Positions 28,848 to 42,036 of a DNA stretch of 64,000 nt are shown here, piece by piece (positions within the stretch are counted from its first letter, which is position 1; the number at the start of each line of letters is the position of its first letter). A program made the translations under genes and the position numbers. This DNA comes from Phaeosaccion multiseriatum (taxonomy: Eukaryota; Protista; Ochrophyta, other classes): assembly GCA_965112735.1 (NCBI GenBank), contig OZ218954.1:682001-746000 (forward strand), in the 5' to 3' direction. The notes under the pieces are model-generated. The model made no database searches. It worked only from the letters and a program-made list of their open reading frames with translations, and was not told the DNA's origin.

Positions 28848-31800
28848 GGCGGAGACCACTCTTCTCTATCCGCCGGCGAAGGAGGAGGGGGAGGAGGCAG
28901 TGGGGGCAAGCGGAAACTCAAACTCAAAATCTACGTTGAGGAGCTTTCTCGAGCGCAGCAACTCGCCCAGATCCTCCCGGGGAAGATTGGGGACCTCATC
29001 CAGCAACAGCAGCAGTTGGTGATACAGCAGCAACAGCAGCAGCAGGGGGCGGGGGCGGGGATAGCACCAGATGGCAGTCAATGGGACAATGCGATTGCTG
29101 ATGTGGCAAGGCAGGCTGCCCTCCTGGCGAGCACTCTCGGGTGGACGGTGGGGAGGGATAATAGTAACCGAGGAGGAGGAGGAGGAGGAGGAGGAGGAGG
29201 AGGAGGAGGAGGAGGAGGAGGAGGAGGAGGAGGAGGAGGAGGAGGAGGAGGAGGAGGAGGAGGAGGAGGAGGAGGAGGAGGAGGAGGAGGAGGAGGAGGA
29301 GGAGGAGGAGGAGGAGGAGGAGGAGGAGGAGGAGGAGGCAAGAGAGGAGGAGGAGGGAGCAGCGGTAAGAGGATTTCCGACAGCGATGGCGTGGAGCGGA
29401 GGGGGCCCTGGGAGAAGGCCACACTCGGGCAGAGGAAGGCCGATAATATACACGCCCTCTATGACGCCCTCCCCCTGCAGGTATATGGGCTTGAGTTCCA
29501 GTTGGGTGTATGGGTTTGAGTTCCAGTTCGGTGTATGGGTTTGAGGTCTAGTTCGGTAGATGGGTTTGAGTTCCAGTTGTCACTCGCAGTTTGTTCGAGT
29601 TTGCAGTCTGCAAATGTCTTTTTTTTTTTGGCAGTGTCAGTGTGTTCATGTGTAGACCTTTTGATACGACAAAAGCACGTCCAATCTGGGAGTGAGGTCG
29701 GCCAGTCCGTCCGTCTAGCCTTCTGCCATCTAGAACTGACGACTGATGCCTGAAAGAAGAAAGAAACCCCTCCAAACTGAAACCCAACCCCCGTCTGCGC
29801 AGTCCAAGCAGGACGGAATGCGACATGCGACCCAGGGGGGCCTCCAGAAACACCTCGACATGCTCTTCGCGAGGAATAGGACCAGCCAGGAGAGAGGCGG
29901 ACAAAGGTGGGTGGGTATGGGCGGGTAGTAAGTCAATGGGTGGTGGGTGTCAGGACAGTGAGTGGGGCGTCAGAGTAGAGGGTGGGTGGGTGGGTGGGTG
30001 AGTGGGTGGGTGGGTGCGAGTGTGGCGGGGGGGCGGTGGGGAGGGGGATTTAAGTGTTAACAGTCAACCGTCCCCCCCCCCTCCACACACACACACACAA
30101 ACACATACGGACTGCTTAGGTTGATTCCTCTAAGTCAGTATGTGTCCTCCCCACCACCTCCACCCTCCCCCACAACGTGCCGCCCTCTCCTGTCTTGCGT
30201 GTGTGTGCATGTGTGTGTGTCTCTCCCTCTCGGTGTGTGTGCATGTGTGTGTGTGTCTCTGTGTGTGCATGTGTGTGTGTCTCTCTCTCTGTGGGCATAT
30301 ATGTGTGTGTCTCTGTGCTTCGTATGTGAGTACCTACCTATCTACCCACCTGCCTACCTACCTACCTACCATCCGTTCCTCTACAGGCGGCACCTCCCGT
30401 CCCTGGTTCTGTACGGTGGAGCAGTGGGAGACAGACTTCGGCGCTTCTCCAGCGGGAGGGGGGGCGGCGGTGAGTGCGTACGTGCGTGGGTGTCTCTACG
30501 ATAGGGGTGCTTGGGTCGGAAGTGCCTGCACGTTAGGGGTGTTTGGGCGTTTTGTGTCTCTCTACGTTCGGGGGGATTTTGATTGGAGGCTGTCTGATGC
30601 GATTGACCCGAGATGCATGTGTATGCGTGTGCTTGAGTAGGTGTCTGCGTATGTGTGTGAGTGCGTGTGTGCGTGCGTGCGTGTGTGCTTGTGTGCGTGT
30701 GTGCTTGTGTGCGTGTGTGCGTGTGCCTCTTGCCTGAGCCGTCTGTTCCCTTTGCAGTGGCCCCGGACGCAGAGCAACAAGGACCTCACACGCCACTCGA
30801 CCTCTTGCTATTCCCCCTCCCCCCGAACGTAAAGCAGGACCCTCATCAGATGGCAGCAGACGGAAGCGCTCACCCCCCCGGGGCTAACGGGGGGCAGCAG
30901 TCGGGCACACCTTCATCTGGGGCTGTTGGTGGTATTGGGATCACGTCACAGGGTGGCGACGGCCGTAGCGGCGGAGGGGGTGTGGGCCTCATAGGGGGGG
31001 AGGGAGGGATGGCAGTGGATGGAGGAGGAGGTGGTGGTGGTGCAGGTGGTGGTGGCGATGGTGGTGGTAATAGTGGCACAGATTGGGACAACGGTATGGT
31101 AGTACTGTACCGGCTGAAGATGGAATGAGCACGTGTCGAATGTGTGGGGACTCCTTTGACATGTTCTACGACGGGGATGAGGAGGAGTGGATGTACAGGA
31201 ATGCCAGCTACGTACAGGTGAGGGAGAGGGAGGGAGAGAGATGAAGAGAGAGGGAGAGGGAGGGAGAGACAGAGGAAATGGGAGGGGAGGGGGTTGTGGT
31301 GGTGTGGCTGGGGCGGAGTTTCAAGCAGTATCGATAGACACGCACACACACACAAATACACACACACGCACACATGTAAGCACACACCGTACTCCAGAGG
31401 AGCGGATGGAGATGGCGCATGTGGCTGCATCGGTTCTGGATCGGTCCTGGATCGGTCCTGGACTCGGTTCTGGATCCGTTCTGGATGGGTTCTGGATCGG
31501 CCCTGGACTGGGTCCTGGCTCGTTGCACAGGGGGTATCAGGGCAGGGGGTTTCAGGACAGAGACTGTCAGGACAGAGAGAGAGTGTGTGAGGACTGAGGG
31601 TGGTGGGTGTTAGGACAGAGACAGACACAGAGAGAGAGAGAGAGAGAGAGAGTATGAGGACAAGAGGCTTTGAACACAGAGAGAAGGGGTGTCGAGACTG
31701 GGGTTGTCAAGAGAGAAAAAAAGAACGAGTGTCAGGATGCTGGCTTGACAATTGAGGGGACAAGAGAGCAAGTGACGACAATTGAGGGGGGGGAGGGGCG

Positions 31801-32589
31801 AGTCGCCAGAAAGAGAGAGAAGAGAAAGGAGGCCGCCAATGGAGGGAGGGATAACACGGCCTTTCTGCGCGTGTTGGTGCTTTGACACGACCGAAAGTAG
31901 TCGCCAGCCTGTGGTTGTGTGCACCGCCTCCATTCGTGCCCCCCCCCCGGGAAGCCTCCTCTTACGTCCTTCCAACCGCCTTGCTGCCTGTGTGCGTGTG
32001 TGTGCTTTGTCCGGATCGCTGTCTCTCTCCCCTTCCCATTCACTGCCATCCCACTCCCCCTTGTACACACACACACACTCACACGCAGGTGGCCGCACAA
32101 GGAGCGGAGCCTTCGTACAGACTGATTGTGCATCAGCGCTGTCTCACCGCTAGCGGCCTCAATCCCAACGTCCCCCTCTCTCTCAATGATCTCATGCCAG
32201 AGGGGCGGCAGCAAGCACCAGTTGGCGATACGGCCGTTGATGAATCCGCAGCAGTTGGTGATCCAGCAGCAGCAGCAGCAGCAGCAGCAGGAGGAGGACG
32301 AGGAGGAGGATGAGGAGGAGGAGGAGGAGGAGCAGGAGGAGGAGGAGATTCCACCACTGCCGCTACCGCTACCACTACCACTCCGACTGACCCCTCTCCA
32401 CCCTTGACACATGCAATGGACACGAATGTCGATGCCTCCGATATAGTATCGAACGTGGCTGCGCCCGAGGCGGGGGCTGTGGGTGCGGGCGAGAGCAACA
32501 TGAACAACGATGAGGACTCGGAACCCGCCGCAAAGAAACTGCGTCTCGCGGCTGCTGTGGCGCAAGCTCTCAGCTCGGGACAGCAATGA
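28848..32589 (+). pseudogene. 5'-truncated PCF11 pseudogene (unit B)
   Basis: Lacks exons 1-2 (CID). Has a 4-bp insertion (GACCAGCCAGGAG, ~29884), a net 1-bp loss at ~31098 (ATGGTAGTACT versus ATGGACAGTACT) and an in-frame TGA at 32311-32313. Confidence 0.9.
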
Positions 32590-32597
32590 ATGAAAAG

Positions 32598-32666
<69 letters not shown>

Positions 32667-34078
32667 GGTATAAGGAGGGGACAGTGTAGAGAGGGGGAGC
32701 GAGGGAGAGAGAGAAGACCAGAGAGAGAAACGCGGCAGGACTGCGATTATTCTTTGTTCCTTCGTGTGATTGCTGATGGCGGGCGTGGAGGGGTGTGGTG
32801 GGTATGTGGGAAGGAGGGGAGCATACGTAACCTTACGAAATCTTACGCGTTATCGTAAGTTACTTTTGGTGGTACCCGTAGCGAGGTACTACGAAGAAAG
32901 CTGGGGGCAGGTCCCCCGCCGTCGGAATCGGAATCATGATACACTAGTTGGTCATACAGCAGCAGAAGCGCCATTGCTCCGAGGTAATGGCCATTGATTG
33001 CATCGAACAAAGGTCTGATCAAATACACTCAACACCAGGGTAACGATAATAGAATCGAGCCAGTCACTGTCCTGACACCCATTACTCTGTCCTGACACCC
33101 ATCCACCCGCCCTTTTCCTGGCACCCACTAACTGTCCTGACACCCATCCACTGTCCTGACACCCACCCACCCACTGTCCTGACACCCACCCACCCTCTGT
33201 CCTGACACCCACCCACCCACTGTCCTGACACCCACCCACCCTCTGTCCTGACACCCACCCACTGTCCTGACACCCACCCCCTGTCCTGACACCTATCACT
33301 CACTTGAAGCTGCTCATGTCCTGAATTGAGGCCTTGTGGTGCTTGTACTCAATCACAGTGGAGGGCTCAAGGTCCAGTACCTGGTGTAAGGTAGGGAGGC
33401 AGGCAGGCAGGCAAGGCAAGTATAGGCGTATGGGCACACACAGATCATTCACACATGCACAGGGTAGGGAGGTACGATGAGTGAGTGAGTGAGTGAGCGA
33501 GCGAGGAGAGAGGGAGGGAGGGAGGGAGGGAGGGAGGGAGGGAGGGAGGGAGGGAGGGAGGGAGGGAGGGAGGGAGGGAGGGAGGGAGGGAGGGAGGGAG
33601 GGAGGGAGGGAGGGAGGGAGGGGGGGAGGGAGGGAGGGGAGGGAGGGAGGGACGTAAGTACGTAGGTACTTCGGAATGTTGGCAGATGGGTAGGTACATG
33701 GGTGGGTGGGTAGGTAGGTAAGAAAGTAGGTAGGTAGGAGGTAGGTACGGAGTCTTTCCCTCTATACCCGGTACGGCCGATCCTACCCTACCCACCTTCT
33801 TGAGCTTCTCGCCAACGTGGAAACGGACCTGTTGCACAAGAGCAGGCATATGGGCAGGAAGGCAGCAAGGCATACGGGTGTATAGGCAATGGGTGTGTGG
33901 GCATGCATGTTGATGGGGAGAGGTGAGGCACATGGGCAAGCATATGGGCTGACAGACATTGAGGCAGGCGTATGGGCAAGAGGGAGGTATGTGGGGGCAG
34001 GCAGGCCGATAGACAGACACGACCAAAAAATTTGGACTCTTTCTGATCGAAATCGACATACTCATGACTCAAATCATA

Positions 34079-34275
34079 ACCTCCTACTCATAAAAGTCGA
34101 CCTCCTCCGCATATAAGTCGACCTCCTACGCATAAAAGTCGACCTCCTACGCATAAAAGTCGACCTCCTACTCATAAAAGTCGACCTCCTACGCATAAAA
34201 GTCGACCTCCTACTCATAAAAGTCGACCTCCTACTCATAAAAGTCGACCTCCTACGCATAAAAGTCGACCTCCTA
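34079..34275 (+). repeat. 21-bp minisatellite (G/T)CATAAAAGTCGACCTCCTAC, ~9 copies (2 copies in unit A at ~19683-19722; also 47295-47491)
   Basis: Head-to-tail copies with no spacers. Confidence 0.9.
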
Positions 34276-34424
34276 CATGCCTGATCGTTGGAGTTCCACA
34301 CACTGAGGAGGTCTTCATTTGTGCGAATGGCCATGCCCACACCGACCACGTACGGCTCCTCAAAGCATTCGCCAATGACTGAGAGGAGGAGGAGGTGGTG
34401 GTGGAGGTGCAGGTGGAGGTGGTG

Positions 34425-35103
34425 GAGGAGGAGGAGGAGGAGGAGGAGGAGGAGGAGGAGGAGGAGGAGGAGGAGGAGGAGGAGGAGGAGGAGGAGGAGG
34501 AGGAGGAGGAGGAGGAGGAGGAGGAGGAGGAGGAGGAGGAGGAGGAGGAGGAGGAGGAGGAGGAGGAGGAGGAGGAGGAGGAGGAGGAGGAGGAGGAGGA
34601 GGAGGAGGAGGAGGAGGAGGAGGAGGAGGAGGAGGAGGAGGAGGAGGAGGAGGAGGAGGAGGAGGAGGAGGAGGAGGAGGAGGAGGAGGAGGAGGAGGAG
34701 GAGGAGGAGGAGGAGGAGGAGGAGGAGGAGGAGGAGGAGGAGGAGGAGGAGGAGGAGGAGGAGGAGGAGGAGGAGGAGGAGGAGGAGGAGGAGGAGGAGG
34801 AGGAGGAGGAGGAGGAGGAGGAGGAGGAGGAGGAGGAGGAGGAGGAGGAGGAGGAGGAGGAGGAGGAGGAGGAGGAGGAGGAGGAGGAGGAGGAGGAGGA
34901 GGAGGAGGAGGAGGAGGAGGAGGAGGAGGAGGAGGAGGAGGAGGAGGAGGAGGAGGAGGAGGAGGAGGAGGAGGAGGAGGAGGAGGAGGAGGAGGAGGAG
35001 GAGGAGGAGGAGGAGGAGGAGGAGGAGGAGGAGGAGGAGGAGGAGGAGGAGGAGGAGGAGGAGGAGGAGGAGGAGGAGGAGGAGGAGGAGGAGGAAGAGG
35101 AGG
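34425..35103 (+). repeat. (GAG)n tract of ~225 units
   Basis: Read directly; gives the spurious poly-E/R/P ORFs. Confidence 0.95.
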
Positions 35104-36236
35104 TGAGTACGTAGGATGACTCAAGGTCCCCTTTACACGCTCCTCTTCATATTTCTGGTGAGGATGATACCTCACGGCTATCCTGGATCATCTTGTCTCG
35201 CCTGCTTGCAACGTACCAGGACTTCCTCTCTGCCCTAAGGCCTTCTGCTCCGCCTTCACCCCTCCATTGGCCTCCTTGCTCCATCATTTGTGCTCTTCTC
35301 CTCATCGCCTTGCCTTGCCCGAACACTCGCCACCCTGTGAACCGGAGAACCAACTCGCATTTCTTCACCCTGCCGGATCCTCCCTCGGATCGCCTTGGGT
35401 CTGCACCCGCCCTTCAGACAGGGAAAGCAGACGGCCTATTGCTCCATTGCGCACAAACAAATGCGGGGCCGCCTAGTTCGGGCCAGCTGGCTGGTGGATA
35501 GCACTGGATGGCTGGCTGGTGGATGGCACTGGATGGTTGGCCTGGTGGATGGCACTGGATGGTTGGCTGGTGGATAGCACCTGGATGGGTCAGGAAATAG
35601 AGAAATCGGTTATCTTCCCTCCCTCGTTTCACGTCCTCCTCCCGTGCCCAGGTGTGGTCAATCAGTCCAACAGTGATCGTGATAACAACGTCTTACACAT
35701 TTTGCGTTTATCGATGTAACTTACACACGCGGCAACAGCCGCCACGACTTCTACTTGTATACAAGCTTGTAATACAGAGACAAATTGTATCCTCCGATAG
35801 GCAGGTGTCCTCTTCCATAACAGCCCCCACCCTCCCTCTCAAGTACCCGAGACGGGCACCATGACGTGGCCTGACATCATGACACACAGGACGACTCAAC
35901 TGACGTGCTCCTCGCTCCCCCCGAGGCAGCCCCACAGACCGTACAACACTCGCCCCCTCTCGCACCACCACCCTTGTTTGTCCCAATCGCTCCGTCCGAC
36001 ACCTTCTCTACTACCCAAAATGGACACGTGACGTGTGCTCGCGTTTACGCTAAAATAAAGTTTTGTCTCAATAACACCACGTTGATCCTGCTGCGCCCTC
36101 TTGCCCCCTTCATAAAGCAGACGCCCGAATCAGCCCCGAGACCCCGGCCGCCCGACGCCCTGAAATCGAAAAGTAACCCCCCCACCCCCCCACCCCCTCT
36201 TGTCCTTGACTTGCTTCTCGCAAACATCTTGCTCAC

Positions 36237-39066
36237 TTAGGAGGAGCGACGCGCGGGGAAGGCAGTTCCCCAAGGCCCGTCCACAATGTAATCCTCGTCG
36301 CGCACAGAGTCCAGGATGGCGTCGCGCCCCTTGACCGCTTGGCCAGTGGCGCTGTCGAGCTTGAGGCTCTGCGTCTCGCCGAGGACACCGCTCCACTCCT
36401 CCACGCCCTGGTCATTAGGAGAGAGCAGGATGGTGGCGTCGACAACGTGGGCGTGGCAGCGCTCAGCCTCTTGGCGGTAGTCGATCTGGAAGGCGTAGGT
36501 GGAGGTGTTGATGTACACTGAGGCCCAACTGCCGGGGGAGTCGAACAGATCACGGCTAATACGCTTCTCGGCGATCCAGGCCGAGCACGCTTCGCGGTCC
36601 TCCATCGTGTACAGACGAGCCTCAAGCACATCCAGGGCACGAAGGTCGGCGGTGGATGCCGGGTCTTCCTCGTCGAGCGCAAGACGACGCTGCTTCGCCA
36701 AACGGAGCTGCTCCTCCTCCTCCTCGAGACGGTGCATCATGTGCCTGTCTCTCTTGATCTGGCAGGCCCCGACATTGTTGAACGCCCGGACCGACGCGCC
36801 GTTCTCGAGCTCGTATTCACCGGGAGACGTAACCGTTTCCCCATTGATGATCATCTCCAGGGAGCCTTGGCCGAGGCACGCGTCGCCCTCGCCCGCCGGG
36901 CATCCTGGGTTGTACTTGGTCACGTCCTTCACGCCGACATCAATCTCGTACTCCGCCAAGCCGTCCTCAGAAAACAAGGTGATACCGTGCCGAGTCACAT
37001 AGGTCTGTGAAAGAGAAACGAGGGGCAGGGGGAAGGCAGGGACCAAGCCGCCCAGAGCCAGAGGAGGGAGTACACGCACTGTCAAGAGTCACTATCGACT
37101 GGCAGGCAACAAGTTGCATGAAATGACAAGAGCTGAGACACCTACCGGCAGGAGCCCATTCTCGCACTCTTCGAAGATATGGAGCAGCCAGTTCCACTGC
37201 AAGTGGTGCTCGGCGAGTGCGGCGAACCATTTGGCGTGGAGGCCCTTGAACAGGAAGGCTTGGCCCTTAAGACCCATCACGACGGGGTCGCTATTGACGC
37301 CCGACATGAGCATCGAACAGTCGGTGTTGACACCCGCCGGGCTGAGGAAAAAGGATGGAGGGAGAGCGACGTGTGGATGGGGTTAAGAGCACTAGGTTGC
37401 ATATTGCAGCGGGTGAGAATGATGGCAACGAAATGAGCTTCCATTCTCAGCTTAGCTATAGCTAGCCCATGAGAGCGAACAAGAAGGCAAGAGGAGGGCC
37501 GGAGATCGGAATACATGTGGCTGGCTTGGTGTGTGGCACGTGCGTGAAACAGGCGCAAAGAAGGTGTGACTCTCTCCCAGCCAGCCATGCCTTGCCAATA
37601 CTTCGTACCAAAACCCTTTGACCTTTGAAAGCTTACCAACCAGCGATACAGCAGGAGCCGCCCGTAAGAGTCGGCAGCCCAGAAGAATGGTTATTCTACT
37701 TTGATGAGGAGCAGCCAGGCAGTGCGGTGAGCAAGAGGAGGGAGAGGATGCCGGGGCAGGTCGGTCGAGCGTAGCTATGAGCGAGGCGTGTGATGATATC
37801 ATCATGGAGGGATTGCTTTAAACAGCTCAAACATAGTCTAGTAGCTAGGGGCGGGGGGAGGGCGGGGGACAGATGAGGCAGAAAAGAATAATAAGAGACA
37901 GGGATACCAGGCAGGCAGGTGGGAAAACTTGGCAACAATGTCCATCCATTGGCATACCATCGCTTACCTCCCCACACCTAATTCCGTCCGGAGCGCCGGT
38001 GGCACTGCAGTCAATGACACAATTCTGGTGGGTGCACACACGGCCGGTCCATCAGCCAGTGAAGAGCGAAGAGTGAGGGAGAGTACAGTCGACGAGGGGA
38101 GCAGAGAGGGAGCGAGGCACAAGGGGCGGGCGGGCGGGCGGGACGCGGGACAGAGGGGGGAAGGAAGCAAGGGGGGGGGAAGTAGTAAGCAAAACGCAAT
38201 GAAGTGGGGGGGGGGGACAAGACAACCAAGCAAGGGGGCGGGGTGAAAAACAACCGAGCGAATTCAGTGGCTGGTCATGGCTGGCTAAAGCATGCTCCGC
38301 GCCCCATCCAGCCATGGCTGCCTGCTGGCTGGTCCAACGCCACCGAACATCATGAGAACGTACGTCAAAAGTGGATCCCTTGTTATAGTAACCAGACGAA
38401 AAGCCAGGAGCCAGGAAGGGCAGGGAATTGGACCGGCCGGGGCACAAAGAAGAGTGAGCAAAGAAGAGGGGGAGGGAGGAGCAGAGGCAGTGGGGGCTGG
38501 CTGGGTTAGGCCAAGCAACGTCAAGAGAAAAGAGCCTCACCACCAACTAGCAGCTACTACTAGTAGGCTACCACGGCAAAACAAAAAACACTTGGCAATT
38601 GATTCAGGCAACAACAACAAGCAAGCAACAAGGCAGGCAGGGAGGAGGGAGGGAAGAAGAGGCTGAAGAAGAAAAGGTTCAAGAGGAGGACGAGCGGGTC
38701 GGAGTTGGGGCGGCGAAGGGGGGAGCTCGGCAGGGAGGGGACACTAAGATCCTCAGGCTCAAGATTCGCTCCTCGGCTCAGGCAGGGGCGGCAGCAACCA
38801 AGCAAGCACCAGCCACATGCAGCCAGGCCCAGGCCAGAGCAGCCCGTAGTACAGCAGCAGCAGCCAGCAGCGAGTCCCAAACTTACCGCGCATCCAGCGA
38901 TGCCGCAGAGGAAGGGACTGGCCTGTGTTCCCAAACCCGGTGAACCAGGGTACTCAATCAAATGCCACACCGAACCAGAAGAGGTAGTGGCAGTACATGA
39001 TGTTGTTGCTGCAGAAGGCGCCAACAAGCACCCCAACAGAACGACCAAGAAAGCCCACCCGTGCAT
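36237..39066 (-). CDS. Secreted Cys-rich GDPH/VWD-like protein, copy 2 (intact)
   Basis: Same exon structure and splice sites as copy 1. Only a few substitutions (e.g. AKCF>AKWF, ATQRRLV>AKQRRLA, RTTR>RISR). Confidence 0.72.
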
Positions 39067-39438
39067 ACTTTTACTACGACGACTCCGGTGTGTGTTGTGT
39101 TTACCTGGTTATGTAGTGTATTTTGAGTGTGGCTAGTAACAATGGGGCCACTGGGTCCCCCCCCCTCTTCCAGGGGTACTACGAATAATTTAGAACAAAC
39201 CATTGGCCTCCTCAAGAAGTTGCTTCTGAATAATGCGACCATCGGCTCCCCGCTGGGCTTCTCGGGGGGCTCCGGGCTTCTGGGCCATACTAGTCCCCTC
39301 CACGATTCGGGCTTCTGGCTGGCCGCAGCCAGGCCAGCGGTCTGGGCCTGGGCTTCAGGCTCCTCAGCCAGGGGGGGCTCAGGCAGGGGGGCTCATAAAA
39401 AAACTGAAAGTTTGGTCAAAATATTTTCCTTCATCCCA

Positions 39439-40498
39439 TCGGCTCCAGACTGGCCTACAAGCCTTATGCTCTAGGCCGGCCATTTTTTCTCCCTAGGCCG
39501 GCGGTTCTAGGCCTAGGCCTATCTGATTAGTACCAAGTAATTACGGCCGGCGCAGCCGGCCTGATTACTGATTATGACCGGCGCCAGCCGGCCTGAGTAC
39601 TGGCTGATTATGCGTCAGCCGGGGGCTGATTACTGATTACGGCCGGCGCACACCGTAATCTTGTCCAGGGTCGAAGGGAGGGAGGGAGGGAGGGAGGGAG
39701 GGAGGGAGGGAGGGAGGGAGGGAGGGAGGGAGGGAGGGAGGGAGGGAGGGAGGGAGGGAGGGAGGGAGGGAGGGAGGGAGGGAGGGAGGGAGGGAGGGAG
39801 GGAGGGAGGGAGGGAGGGAGGGAGGGAGGGAGGGAGGGAGGGAGGGAGGGAGGGAGGGAGGGAGGGAGGGAGGGAGGGAGGGAGGGAGGGAGGGAGGGAG
39901 GGAGGGAGGGAGGGAGGGAGGGAGGGAGGGAGGGAGGGAGGGAGGGAGGGAGGGAGGGAGGGAGGGAGGGAGGGAGGGAGGGAGGGAGGGAGGGAGGGAG
40001 GGAGGGAGGGAGGGAGGGAGGGAGGGAGGGAGGGAGGGAGGGAGGGAGGGAGGGAGGGAGGGAGGGAGGGAGGGAGGGAGGGAGGGAGGGAGGGAGGGAG
40101 GGAGGGAGGGAAGGAGGGAGAGAGGGAGGGAGGGAGGGAGGGAGGGAGGGAGGCAGGGAGTCGACCCTGGACAAGATCATCTGATTCTGATTACGGCCGG
40201 CGCAGCCGGCCTGATTACTGATTATGACGGGCGCCAGCCGGTCTGGTTGCTTACAGTCGGTGACCAGCCGGCCTGATTACTGGATCCGGCCGGGGGCTGA
40301 TTACTACTGGTTACGGCCGGCGCACACCGTAATCTTGTCCAGGGTCGATAGGACTAGGCCGGGGGGGCTGCGCCAGAAATAGGCCTAGGCCGGGGACCTG
40401 CGGCCCCCTCTAGGCCTAGGCCGGGGGCCTGCGGCCCCCCTAGGCCGGCCGAATTTCGTCTCTAGGCCTAGGCTTCTAGTAGGCCAGTCTGGAGCCGA
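39439..40498. mobile_element. Same TIR element, copy 2 (carried by the duplication)
   Basis: Same TIRs and the same ATCCCA flanks. Confidence 0.85.
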
Positions 40499-42036
40499 AT
40501 CCCAAATGGCCTCTTCTCGTCCCCCGTTACCCGTACAACTTTCTATACCGACTAAGGACATCTTGATCTTTCATTTTGTACAGAGATGCATGGTCATCTC
40601 CGACGGGATCACCTGCTTTTGGGCCTCCAAAGTTTAAGACCCACTTTGTTGCGGTTTAGGGATATTTGGGTACTTTCGAGGCTCAACAGAGACCCTAGAG
40701 TGCTTTTTCCGCTGTATGCCCTACTGGCACCCACCAGCGTGTGCCCTCTTGAAATCGGACCCTACTTTAGTGATATGAGCTCATTTTGACCACCAAACCC
40801 CCTCCAATCGCCCCACTCTCTACCCACCCACCCCCCACCCTCCCATGTTGTCATGTAGGCTTGCATGTGCTCACGATCGGTACTGACGGTGCTCATAGCA
40901 TCTGAAAAGCCCCTCTAACCCGAACAGCTCGTTGCAGCAAATGCCGTGCACCCCGGCTTGGCTTCCCACAGCCAGGTGCTCCACATGTATGCCCTCTCTG
41001 CTCGATGTGGCTGGGACTGGACACCCCCCCCCCCTTCGGCAGCACAAGCATATGGCCCTCTTGCGTCGCCCTGCAGAGCCCTATACAAGCGAGTGTCTTC
41101 ATCCAGGCCAGCACGTGGAGGCGTAGGCAATGGATAATGGAGTGCGATAGCTATCCATCCACTGCCATCCACCCACTGCGATAGCTATCCATCCACTGCC
41201 ATCCACCCACTGCGGTAGCTATCCATCCACTTACCATCCACCCACTGCGATAGCTATCCATCCACTACCATCCACCCACTGCGATAGCTATCCATCCACC
41301 CTCCACGACAGCTATCCACCCACTGCCATCCACCCACTGCGGTAGCTATCCATCCACTACCATCCACTGCCATCCACCCACTGCGATAGCTACCCATCCA
41401 CTGCCATCCACCCGCTGCGATAGCTATCCATCCACTACCATCCACACACTGCGATAGCTATCCATCCACTTCCATCCACCCACTGCGATAAGCTATCCAT
41501 CCACCACCTCCATTCCTCCGTGCCTCTGTGTCTTCAGTCCCCTCGCCTCTGCCACGGCGGCATCAAGTCAAGCCGCCGCCCCCGCCCCTATTTTGTATTT
41601 CTAACATGTAGTTATCTCTACCCTGTTTGTCCCCCCCTCCTCTCCTCCTCCTCCTCCTCCTCCTCCTCCTCCTCCTCCTCCTCCTCCTCCTCCTCCTCCT
41701 CCTCCTCCTCCTCCTCCTCCTCCTCCTCCTCCTCCTCCTCCTCCTCCTCCTCCTCCTCCTCCTCCTCCTCCTCCTCCTCCTCCTCCTCCTCCTCCTCCTC
41801 CTCCTCCTCCTCCTCCTCCTCCTCCTCCTCCTCCTCCTCCTCCTCCTCCTCCCCCCTTCCTTACTTTCCTCCCCTCCTCCGCCTCTTCTTCTCCCACCTT
41901 CTCCCCCTCCTCGTCCTCTTCTTCTGCCTCCTCCTCTCCCCTCCCCCCCCCCTCCTCTCCTTCCTCCTCCTCCTCTCCCCCCTGGTATCACCAACTGCTG
42001 TACCTCCCCCCGGGGGGGGGCTTCTGACCACCGCAG

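Larger units (their letters stand above)
33304..35287 (-). pseudogene. Internally deleted eIF4E pseudogene (unit B)
   Basis: Exons 2-5 are replaced by a (GAG)n tract, the last exon (NAKPYVFAATR) is missing, there is a 9-bp deletion in the WNADNSN exon and a deletion in exon 1. Confidence 0.88.

Noticed and set aside
34079-34275. CRISPR-like regular 21-bp repeat with a GTCGAC palindrome
   Set aside because: Head-to-tail with no unique spacers, inside a eukaryotic intron, and no cas genes nearby.
34288-35175. Long poly-Arg, poly-Glu and poly-Pro ORFs (also 47504-48499, and PPSL/GGRE ORFs at 26434-27023, 39608-40221, 52959-53272)
   Set aside because: These are translations of pure GAG or GGGA microsatellites, open in several frames only because the repeats contain no stop codons.
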